In this document: positions 37,708-45,933 of the stretch, piece by piece
Position numbering within the stretch: position 1 is the stretch's first letter
Layout of the letters: every line of letters starts with the position of its first letter
From: a virus
DNA: 64,000 nucleotides
Reading direction: 5' to 3' (one strand)
IMG/VR virus record: IMGVR_UViG_3300045988_119396
Notes under the pieces: generated by a model
Database searches by the model: none
What the model was told of the DNA's origin: nothing
Seen by the model: only the letters and a program-made list of their open reading frames with translations
Made by a program: the position numbers and the translations under genes

Positions 37708-38784
37708 TTATACAAAATTTACTTTATTTCTAGTTTTCATTGAATACCGCCAACCTACACCTTTTTTACCCAAAGTATCTATTGGTGATTGCTTAGGCTT
37801 GAATATATTAACAGGCGGTCTAATATACGATACTCTACGGAATTTGGAGAACTTATCTGCTACTTCTTTTAGATATTCTTCCCCACCATTTTCACCAAAC
37901 ATAACATCTTCATCAAACGCTATGACAATCTCACAGTCTTCTGGGGTGTTCCTTATAATGAACTTCCGTTGTATTTCAGATACGTTGTGATTGCCTAATG
38001 CAACAGAATATCCTTTACCACGTTTATATGTGAATTGCTTTAATACCGACTTTTCACCCTCGAACAAAATAAGCATATTACTCTTAGCTAAATTGCTCTT
38101 AGATTGTTGGAAACCATATAGGTTATTACTCTTAGAAAAGCCATCAATATAATTCCAATACTTAGGAACACCTAGCAACTTGGCTGTATCACTATCTAAT
38201 ATAGTTCTGCCTTGTATGCCAACAATGTTATTCTCATCATTCCAATCATAATGTGGAAAGATTATCCTATCTCTTTCTGAGTCATAACAGATGTTGAATT
38301 GTTTAATTACATCTGGTGAAATACCTTCTTCAATCAATGATTTATGTGGCATTGGAATGAAACAACTAAGATAGCTATTGTCATACTTTTTGTTTTCTTT
38401 GCCTTGCACAACCATCCCATACTTAGCAAATTGTCTATATTCTTCAATCAAGCTAGTAGTTTGACTTTGTTGTATTGAGTTCCCAACCCCAAACAATGCT
38501 TTCATGTAAGCAAATGTTGTAGTGAAGTCCCAACCTTTTATCTCCTGTATTGCACCAATCAAATCACCGTTGTAACTAACTGAGAACATAGATGTAGATA
38601 GGCTTTCATTTAATACCACACGTAATGAGGTGTTATTATCATGGTCTGGCAAAGCTCCACGTATAACATCTTCTTTCTCATACCATAAATCATGAAAGTT
38701 TGTATCTTCTAGTATCTTAATTATTCTATTGCTGTCTTTAAGCAAGTATTCTTTAAACTCTTTGACTTCCGATTTACTTAACAC
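37708..38784 (-). CDS. DnaG-like primase (TOPRIM domain)
   Basis: ILFEGEKSVL (TOPRIM Glu) and IAFDEDV (DxD). Confidence 0.55.
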   Translation of the reverse strand: MLSKSEVKEFKEYLLKDSNRIIKILEDTNFHDLWYEKEDVIRGALPDHDNNTSLRVVLNESLSTSMFSVSYNGDLIGAIQEIKGWDFTTTFAYMKALFGVGNSIQQSQTTSLIEEYRQFAKYGMVVQGKENKKYDNSYLSCFIPMPHKSLIEEGISPDVIKQFNICYDSERDRIIFPHYDWNDENNIVGIQGRTILDSDTAKLLGVPKYWNYIDGFSKSNNLYGFQQSKSNLAKSNMLILFEGEKSVLKQFTYKRGKGYSVALGNHNVSEIQRKFIIRNTPEDCEIVIAFDEDVMFGENGGEEYLKEVADKFSKFRRVSYIRPPVNIFKPKQSPIDTLGKKGVGWRYSMKTRNKVNFV

Positions 38785-38810
38785 CTCACTACAAAATTCT
38801 CTTTAAACGC

Positions 38811-38843
38811 AAAAAAGGACACACTACTTCCGTAATGTGTCCT
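38811..38843 (-). terminator. intrinsic terminator lying downstream of a promoter (leader/attenuator)
   Basis: GGACACA..TGTGTCC + T6 on minus strand. Confidence 0.5.
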
Positions 38844-38861
38844 AACGTTTTTCAACTATAT

Positions 38862-38891
38862 TATTATAACATTTTAAACTATCTAAGTCAA
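38862..38891 (-). promoter_or_regulatory. promoter TTGACT-17-TATAAT (minus strand)
   Basis: Consensus hexamers with 17-nt spacer. Confidence 0.5.
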
Positions 38892-39377
38892 TTATTGTTT
38901 TAACTTCATTTCAAGACTAAAGGTTAATTCTTCGTTGCAATGTGGACATTTAACTACAATGTAATTGCCACCACCACGTCTTTTACCCTTGTTATGAACT
39001 GCAATATCCTTATATTTTTCTTTATACATACCAAGTATTTCTTTATCTTTATCTAATATTTCCATCAACTGTGGCAATATATAATGATATAAATCTTCGT
39101 CATGCTCTTTAATATATTCTATCTTTTCTGGTGTTTCAAACGCTGAATTGAGTTGCATAATTCTAGTAATAGTTGTACTACTTAAATTGCCTTCTTCTCT
39201 CAATACCTTTCTCATATACCCTATCATTTGTGAACTAATACCTGTTAATTCCGCTAAATCTACGTGTTTTATCTTAGACTCCAACAATCTTACAACATTA
39301 TTGTAGATTTGTTCTACAACTGGTGTACCATACCTGTACAAACCAATATCTTCCTTATTCTCCATAATTAATCCCAC
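38892..39377 (-). CDS. putative DNA-binding protein (HTH) with C-terminal CxxC zinc ribbon
   Basis: LAELTGISSQMIGYMRK helix-turn-helix-like; CPHCNEEL. Confidence 0.45.
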   Translation of the reverse strand: MGLIMENKEDIGLYRYGTPVVEQIYNNVVRLLESKIKHVDLAELTGISSQMIGYMRKVLREEGNLSSTTITRIMQLNSAFETPEKIEYIKEHDEDLYHYILPQLMEILDKDKEILGMYKEKYKDIAVHNKGKRRGGGNYIVVKCPHCNEELTFSLEMKLKQ

Positions 39378-39409
39378 CCATTATAATTATTTATAAGTAA
39401 ATAATAACA

Positions 39410-39445
39410 TGAAAATAGACTATAACCAAAAAGATTATAGTCTAT
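39410..39445 (-). terminator. intrinsic terminator after endolysin
   Basis: ATAGACTATAA..TTATAGTCTAT + TTTT. Confidence 0.55.
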
Positions 39446-39455
39446 CAAAATCATC

Positions 39456-40730
39456 TTATATTGTTAATGTTTGACCTGGGTAGATTAGGTTTACGTTATG
39501 AATACCGTTCTTTTGAGCAATAGCCCATGCACTTGTACCATAGCGTGCTGCAATTCCACCTAATGTGTCACCATAGCGTACAGTGTAACGTCTTACATTG
39601 TTTGCTTGGTTAGATGTACCATTGATAACAATACGTTGTCCTGGGTAAATCCAGTTAATATTACTAACACCATTGTTACGAGCTAAAGCATAAACATTTA
39701 CTCCATAACGGTTAGCAATAACTCCTAAAGTATCGCCAGAACGTACATAGTAAACAGATTGTGTTGTAGCTGGAGCACTGTTACTCTTAACTTGACCTGT
39801 TACTTTCAATACTTGACCGATATATAGGTAGTTAGGATTACTTAAACCATTTAGACTTTGTAGTGCTTGCCATGTTGTACCATAACGAGCTGCGATAGCA
39901 CCTAAAGTATCACCAGATTTAACTGTATAAGTGCCTGTTGCTTGTAGTCCGTTTTGTGGTTGTGATGGTTGTTGTGCTGGCTTAGCTTGGCTATTATTGT
40001 AGCTTGCACCGTAACCATTCTTAGTAATATCCTTGCCATTAGGTGCTAAGGAAATGTTACCATCTAAACCACCAGACATATATGTTGAAGTAAATTGCCA
40101 AATGGAAATTCCATCCATAGATGGGAAGATACTCCATACAGGTTCAGTAGTTACATTGTAGTTAGGATATGCAGCAATCCATAAACTATCTGGGAACTCT
40201 GCTAAAATTCTGTGATAATCAACATGAGCTAATGTGTATGGCTTGTATGAGTAATACATAGGAGTATAGCCACAATCTCTAATATATCTCATGCCATACA
40301 AGATATTGTTTGTATTGGCTTGAATATCACCAGAAGCACCAGACTCATAGTCTAAAGCTACAATACTACCTTTTGGTGCGTTAATCTTAGGCATAAAGTA
40401 ATCTAACATTTGTTTTGTTTGCCATTGGTTAGCCCCTGTTTGCATCCAAATGTAAGTGTGCATGCGTTTACCAGCGGAACGACCATAATTCATTTGTGAA
40501 TTATAAGTCCATTGGTCGTAAATATAACCGTTGATAGAACCACCAATTTGGGCAATACTAAAGCTATCTCTACCATAACCCAAGTTACCATTTGCTCCTT
40601 GATACTTGGAAGCGTCAGTACCATAGGAACGTGCGTCAGCAGCTTGCACACCAGCAAAGCCACCTACACCCATGAATAAAGTAATAGCTGTAACCATCGC
40701 TACAACTACTTTGTTAAATAGTTTTCTCAA
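39456..40730 (-). CDS. endolysin: signal peptide + GH25 muramidase + 3 LysM
   Basis: N-terminal hydrophobic signal ending AQAADA; GH25-like DASKYQG; three LysM repeats (Y.V.SGDTLG.IA.RYG...NP.Y.Y.GQ). Confidence 0.85.
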   Translation of the reverse strand: MRKLFNKVVVAMVTAITLFMGVGGFAGVQAADARSYGTDASKYQGANGNLGYGRDSFSIAQIGGSINGYIYDQWTYNSQMNYGRSAGKRMHTYIWMQTGANQWQTKQMLDYFMPKINAPKGSIVALDYESGASGDIQANTNNILYGMRYIRDCGYTPMYYSYKPYTLAHVDYHRILAEFPDSLWIAAYPNYNVTTEPVWSIFPSMDGISIWQFTSTYMSGGLDGNISLAPNGKDITKNGYGASYNNSQAKPAQQPSQPQNGLQATGTYTVKSGDTLGAIAARYGTTWQALQSLNGLSNPNYLYIGQVLKVTGQVKSNSAPATTQSVYYVRSGDTLGVIANRYGVNVYALARNNGVSNINWIYPGQRIVINGTSNQANNVRRYTVRYGDTLGGIAARYGTSAWAIAQKNGIHNVNLIYPGQTLTI

Positions 40731-40815
40731 CTAGGAAAACTCCCTTCGTGTTAATTTTCCCTCCTTTGTTGAATGTTGAAGGCACCTCACTATTTAACTT
40801 AGTTTACATATTTAA

Positions 40816-42597
40816 TTAATATTTATATGGTGCTGCGAAGAAAATAGCTTTCATTTTGCTACTTCCTCCATCATCAATGATTGGCTTAATCGCACCATCT
40901 AACATCTTTGTTAAACCTTCTCCTGTGATAGTATACGGTATTCTTACCAAGAAGATATCATTGTCATCACAGTATTGGTTTTTAATTTTATCGTAATTGA
41001 TACGCTCTTCAAATTTCTTATCTCCACCCCAGTATTCTACTGATTTGAAATGTTGTTCACCATCATATTCAATAGCCATGTTAGCAGATGGAATATAGAA
41101 ATCGAATGGCAGTGGTTCTGCATTACCAATACAATCGTCAAAAGTCTTTTGTGGCTCATAATCAATATTATGTTTAATCAAATAATCCTCGATTAGAGCC
41201 TCACCACGTGATTTACCACGTCTAGCACAACGTGGACACTGTGTCCCACCATTAATAAAATTGCTAGGACTCGTTTCCCATTCATAGCCACAAGTATTGT
41301 GCTTCATGAGAATAGATGTAATACTATTCACATACTCGCCTAGTGCAGTATATTCATCACCATACAGTGCTTCTACCTCGTCTTTATATTGTTCTGTTGT
41401 CTTTCTAAACTTTCCAAAGCAATGTGGGCAACCAGTTCCTCCTAACATGTGATTAGGAACCATCTCAAATTCTTTCCCACATACGTTATGCCTAAACAAT
41501 ATTTTATCGTGAGAAGTTTTGTATTCTCCTAAAAGGGTATACTCATCACCACGTGCTTTCTCTAATCTCTCTTTGAACTTCTCAGTTGTTATATCCTTTC
41601 CACCACCATGACATTCGGGACATATTCCACCACTTGTCAAAAAGTGATTTGGTTTTCTCTTGTAAACATTCCCACATACATTGTGCCTATATTTAATTGG
41701 GGCTCTTGCACCTTTATATTTTTCTAAAAATGTGTATTCGTCACCAACTAAATCGTACACTTCTTTGAGAAACTCCTCATTTGTCTTCATACGACTTTTA
41801 CTTCGACACTGTGGGCAACGTGAACCTCTTTGGAATGAGCGTACTTGCGTCTTCCATTCATATCCACACTTATTGTGGCGAACTAGCATAGGTGTTTTAA
41901 CGTTGACATAAGGTTCTAGGAAAGTATACTCATCGCCCACCATGTCATATACTTCTTGCAACCATTCTTCATTAGTCTTTCTAGTTCTTTTACCACCATT
42001 TTGCTTGCTTTTGTCAATAGTACAATTAGGGCAACCTCTCCATTCGCCGATACGGTCTGACCTAATTTCAGTTATGCTACCACAAGGCTTATGTTCAATT
42101 TTCAACTTTGCCCTATCGCCTTCAATCTTTTCTAAGACAATGTAGGATTTGTCAAATGCCTCTTCCAGTTTTTTCTGATATACTTCAATCTCCTTATAAT
42201 TTCCAGGTTTCTTGCAGTATGGGCATTTATATTTTCTCTTTTTGCTCTTAAAATTTCGTGGAGTTATCTTAAATTTGTTCCCACATACATTGTGCAAGCA
42301 AGTTAATTCCGTATTGTTGTCTACATACTCATCTAAGAATGTAAACTCATCACCTTTAAGTTCCTTAACTTTTGCCAACCATTTTTCATTGCTCAGCTTA
42401 TTACCAGAATTACATTTAGGACAACGGACACCATGTAGAAAATGATGTGGGGTCACTTTCCACTCGTAACCACATTTATTGTGTCTACACGCAATTTTTG
42501 CACTACTTTTTTGATAAGGTTCTAAAAAGGTGTATTCATCACCTGTAAGTCCCTTATATTCTTTCTCCCATTCTTCTTGAGTCTTTCGGTTAACCAA
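40816..42597 (-). CDS. six tandem zinc-ribbon repeats + C-terminal Vsr/DUF559-like endonuclease domain
   Basis: 6x ~65-aa repeat GDEYTFLEPY....RHNxCGxxW...P..F..G..CP.C; C-term LPFDFYIP..MAIEYDGEQH...ERINYDKIK.......LVRIPY. Confidence 0.6.
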   Translation of the reverse strand: MVNRKTQEEWEKEYKGLTGDEYTFLEPYQKSSAKIACRHNKCGYEWKVTPHHFLHGVRCPKCNSGNKLSNEKWLAKVKELKGDEFTFLDEYVDNNTELTCLHNVCGNKFKITPRNFKSKKRKYKCPYCKKPGNYKEIEVYQKKLEEAFDKSYIVLEKIEGDRAKLKIEHKPCGSITEIRSDRIGEWRGCPNCTIDKSKQNGGKRTRKTNEEWLQEVYDMVGDEYTFLEPYVNVKTPMLVRHNKCGYEWKTQVRSFQRGSRCPQCRSKSRMKTNEEFLKEVYDLVGDEYTFLEKYKGARAPIKYRHNVCGNVYKRKPNHFLTSGGICPECHGGGKDITTEKFKERLEKARGDEYTLLGEYKTSHDKILFRHNVCGKEFEMVPNHMLGGTGCPHCFGKFRKTTEQYKDEVEALYGDEYTALGEYVNSITSILMKHNTCGYEWETSPSNFINGGTQCPRCARRGKSRGEALIEDYLIKHNIDYEPQKTFDDCIGNAEPLPFDFYIPSANMAIEYDGEQHFKSVEYWGGDKKFEERINYDKIKNQYCDDNDIFLVRIPYTITGEGLTKMLDGAIKPIIDDGGSSKMKAIFFAAPYKY

Positions 42598-42694
42598 TAG
42601 GCATACCTCCCATGTATTGTTTTACATAAGATATAATACCTCTATTATTTTATTAAAGTCAAGACGTCTTCATGAAAAAATGAAGATGTTTTAG

Positions 42695-43366
42695 TTATTT
42701 CCAATAAGTAATGCGTAGTTTAGGCTTTTTCCAACCAGCTGTTGTCCCAGCAATAATAGTGTAATAGTACCAATCTTTGCTGTTTATATTTGTTGTTATC
42801 CCAGCAAGTTTATTATCTCTAAAGTTATCGCCAACCCAATTTGGTAGTGTTATCCATTGGTCTTGCCCCCTATGACTCCAGTAAGCTCTTGCTATATCAT
42901 AATTGGACTCTTGAAATCTAGCTTGCCAACCACGAGCATTGTGCGTTCCAAACACTGTACAGCCTTTGTTGTAGTAAGCCATGTGTGTTTCATAGACATA
43001 AAGCTCAACCTTTTCTATTCTTGCACCAGCCAGCTTATTTCTTATGTCACCATCGTTGAAGCCCATCATGCCATGCCCCGCTCCAACATCATAAAAATCG
43101 TGGAATGGGTTGTACGCACCACTTTGGAGATAGTTGTTTGGTTGTAAACTTGTAGCAGGTTTGGCACTTCCCCAAGACCAATATCCATGACTCCATGTCG
43201 CTTCCCATGTATCTACATGACGTTCTTCACTCAACATAACCCAGTTATGACCGTTCCAGCCACGTATCTTAGCTTTCTTCCAGTTATGACCGTCCCATAT
43301 TCTAGTGTTATGAGCTACGTCCCACCAGTCATTAGCCCCACTATTCCATATCTTTACCTTACCCAA
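42695..43366 (-). CDS. Trp-rich tail-associated protein (possible receptor-binding/fibre tip)
   Basis: Track ORF; position in tail module. Confidence 0.45.
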   Translation of the reverse strand: MGKVKIWNSGANDWWDVAHNTRIWDGHNWKKAKIRGWNGHNWVMLSEERHVDTWEATWSHGYWSWGSAKPATSLQPNNYLQSGAYNPFHDFYDVGAGHGMMGFNDGDIRNKLAGARIEKVELYVYETHMAYYNKGCTVFGTHNARGWQARFQESNYDIARAYWSHRGQDQWITLPNWVGDNFRDNKLAGITTNINSKDWYYYTIIAGTTAGWKKPKLRITYWK

Positions 43367-43378
43367 TTCTCTTACCTC

Positions 43379-44707
43379 CTAAAAACCAATCCAGATAGAA
43401 CCGTATGGAACATCACCTTGTGGCTGTGGGTCTTGTAAGAACATTCTACGTCCTTGCCACTTAGGAGCTTCACCCATTTCCATATAATTTGTATCACCGT
43501 CATATCGCCAGATGAGTCTATTTCCGTACCAATCCCACGCCCCCAAACGACCATTAGCGTCTTCTTTGAAATAGAAGCCCATATGACCGTTGCCAAATCG
43601 AATATCCTTTTCAGTTCCACCAGAGAATTCCAAGTTACCTGTTGTATATACTCTATCTCTATACATACCGATTTGTTCACTCACACCGTCAGTCGAGATA
43701 GCAATACCATCGCCATCGCTTTTGGCAATATATCCAACATTACCTTTATTTGTTTTGGCACTAATAAATTGAATAGGGAAAGAAGAACCTCTAGTATTAC
43801 CTACGACAAAATTTAATGGTTGTGGGTTGCTAAAGGTTTGAACACCAGACCAGTCGTTATTTGCATCTTTTCGTGCGTATTTATTGGCGTCAACACCACC
43901 CACTTTGTCAGCGTTTAATCCATTCGTGCCTGTTGTAACTACTTTTTGTCCGTTGAGATAAACATCACCTTTGGATTGAATATTTAAGCCCATTTCACTG
44001 TTACCAAAAACTAGATTGTTATCAGAATAGCGAATAACACTTGGGACTGTACCTGTGGCACTTCTAAATGCTAGATTTGCACCATTTTCAAAAACCAAAG
44101 TTCCCTTAAAAGAGTCGCCAGTTCCAGTTTTACGAATATATCTATCATCATGATTGTGATTAATCTTAAAATCACTAAAATCCTTATTTAAGTCTTGGTT
44201 AGCCTTATCAGCATTATCTAATCTGCCTTTTAATTCGTTAACAGCACTAACCAAACTTGACTTATTACCAGTAGCAAGACTTCTTATCTCACCCACTTGG
44301 CTATTCAAATCATTGATAGTGTTCTGTAATTGAACCCCACCTAAAGTCCAACCGCTTTGATTTGAACCAGATACGGTCATTTCTTTGGTAACACCAGATG
44401 GCGATGTAACTTTGTAGAAAATCACGTCTGGGTTATCTTGATTCCCAATAGCTGTTACTTCAAGAATTGAGTATTGGCTGCTAGGAATTTCACTAGGTAA
44501 ACCACTCAACCCTTTAACTTTGTACACTCCAGAATGTTTAATGTCATCAACGCTACCACCTGTAATGGTCTTACCTTCAAACAAATACTCTTGCAATGTA
44601 CCTAATTCATTTTTATTGCTATCTAATACTTTAGTTGTTACTGCGTCATTATCAAAATAGAAGACATCATCTCCCATTCTGTACCTTGTTCGCTTAATTA
44701 AGGTCAA
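43379..44707 (-). CDS. tail fibre protein
   Basis: Coiled-coil segment plus Gly/Ser/Thr/Asn-rich beta-rich C-terminus; position in tail module. Confidence 0.55.
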   Translation of the reverse strand: MTLIKRTRYRMGDDVFYFDNDAVTTKVLDSNKNELGTLQEYLFEGKTITGGSVDDIKHSGVYKVKGLSGLPSEIPSSQYSILEVTAIGNQDNPDVIFYKVTSPSGVTKEMTVSGSNQSGWTLGGVQLQNTINDLNSQVGEIRSLATGNKSSLVSAVNELKGRLDNADKANQDLNKDFSDFKINHNHDDRYIRKTGTGDSFKGTLVFENGANLAFRSATGTVPSVIRYSDNNLVFGNSEMGLNIQSKGDVYLNGQKVVTTGTNGLNADKVGGVDANKYARKDANNDWSGVQTFSNPQPLNFVVGNTRGSSFPIQFISAKTNKGNVGYIAKSDGDGIAISTDGVSEQIGMYRDRVYTTGNLEFSGGTEKDIRFGNGHMGFYFKEDANGRLGAWDWYGNRLIWRYDGDTNYMEMGEAPKWQGRRMFLQDPQPQGDVPYGSIWIGF

Positions 44708-44726
44708 CTAAACTCTCACCTCGTTA

Positions 44727-45116
44727 TTAATTAATTACAATATCATTGTCTGTTAAATTTCCATTACTATCAGCAAATTTAGTAACTCCACTTACTAAAT
44801 CACCTTTGTCCTCTTGATTATTACTGATAACCATAGTTTGTTTACGAGTTGAACCAGATGAGCCTGTCACTACCCATTCCTGTCCATTGCCCATTGCGTC
44901 TTGTACATACACAATGTCATCTTTACTAATCCAATTATGCAAGTGTTCGGGAAGTGTGCATGTCCTTTCTACTTTATTTATCTCAACGATACATTTATAG
45001 CCTTCTGGGTCTTGTACAACTACACCTACATAAGTTTGTGGAATATTTAGTCGGCTAACCTTAGAGTCAACTACTACACTTACTGTATCAATAATTCCTT
45101 TTTGTAAATCATTCAA
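44727..45116 (-). CDS. tail/baseplate small protein
   Basis: Track ORF in tail module. Confidence 0.45.
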   Translation of the reverse strand: MNDLQKGIIDTVSVVVDSKVSRLNIPQTYVGVVVQDPEGYKCIVEINKVERTCTLPEHLHNWISKDDIVYVQDAMGNGQEWVVTGSSGSTRKQTMVISNNQEDKGDLVSGVTKFADSNGNLTDNDIVIN

Positions 45117-45133
45117 GAGTTGTCACCTACTTT

Positions 45134-45859
45134 TTAGTTGTATACTTCTAAATAACTAATAGCTGGATGTAGGTTTTGTGGCTTACTATTCCCAACAATA
45201 ATAGATTGAGGATATGGAAACCAGTTTGCTGAATTGATATTAGGTTCTTTACCTGTGCTATCATTCTTTGCTACAAACACAATACTATCTTTGAATACTG
45301 CGTCGCCTAAGTGATATGTTGTACTACCATTCCAATCACCTTTGAATGTAGCATTTAAACCTACATCACCCTTATCGCCTTTAAAAGCAATTTGACGATA
45401 AGTATCTGGGGTTAAATCTGGAGTATGGTCATTATCAGCAACCACATCTTTTAATACTAAGAATAGATGTCCACGATAGTTAACTAAGTTTTGGAAACTA
45501 TATTTAGTTTGGTTAGTCCAATTACCAACAAATCTAAATGAGTCAACATAGTGTCGCCATTCTTCTTGCTTTTGTAAGATGTAACCCCTTACATTTTTAT
45601 CGAAAAATGTTTCTAAAGCAGTCATACAATCTGTAATTCTATTCCATTGTTCTGGAGTAATCATATAGTCTTGTAATTGTGCTGTTAGAGCTTTAATTTC
45701 GTTTTGTTCATTTGTATCTAAACTTGCCTTACCCTTTAATTCGGTTAATCTGTTAGCGTCATTAACCTTATCACTAGGTAGGTCAAATAATTCTGGGAAT
45801 GTATCTATCCCATTAGGAAACACACTTCTACTCACGAAGCCTTCATCCCACCTTATCAT
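45134..45859 (-). CDS. tail fibre-associated protein
   Basis: Track ORF; preceded by the duplicated late-promoter repeat. Confidence 0.45.
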   Translation of the reverse strand: MIRWDEGFVSRSVFPNGIDTFPELFDLPSDKVNDANRLTELKGKASLDTNEQNEIKALTAQLQDYMITPEQWNRITDCMTALETFFDKNVRGYILQKQEEWRHYVDSFRFVGNWTNQTKYSFQNLVNYRGHLFLVLKDVVADNDHTPDLTPDTYRQIAFKGDKGDVGLNATFKGDWNGSTTYHLGDAVFKDSIVFVAKNDSTGKEPNINSANWFPYPQSIIVGNSKPQNLHPAISYLEVYN

Positions 45860-45894
45860 AAATTTAACTTAATTATTATAACATATTACTTACT
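45845..45894 (-). promoter_or_regulatory. 50-bp promoter/leader repeat copy 1 (TTGACT-17-TATAAT, then AAGGTGGGAT)
   Basis: Identical to 63951-64000. Confidence 0.6.
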
Positions 45895-45933
45895 AAAAGT
45901 CAATAAATATTGGTAAACTTTTTTTATTATTAT

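Noticed and set aside
41681-42445. Plus-strand ORFs inside the zinc-ribbon repeat gene
   Set aside because: Antisense to a repeat-structured 593-aa ORF, without translation signals.
42660-42690. Intrinsic terminator after gene 42695..43366
   Set aside because: A hairpin TCTTCA..TGAAGA is present, but the U-run follows it only on the plus strand, so it cannot terminate the minus-strand gene. On the minus strand the TTGACT-17-TATTAT promoter starts right after the hairpin.
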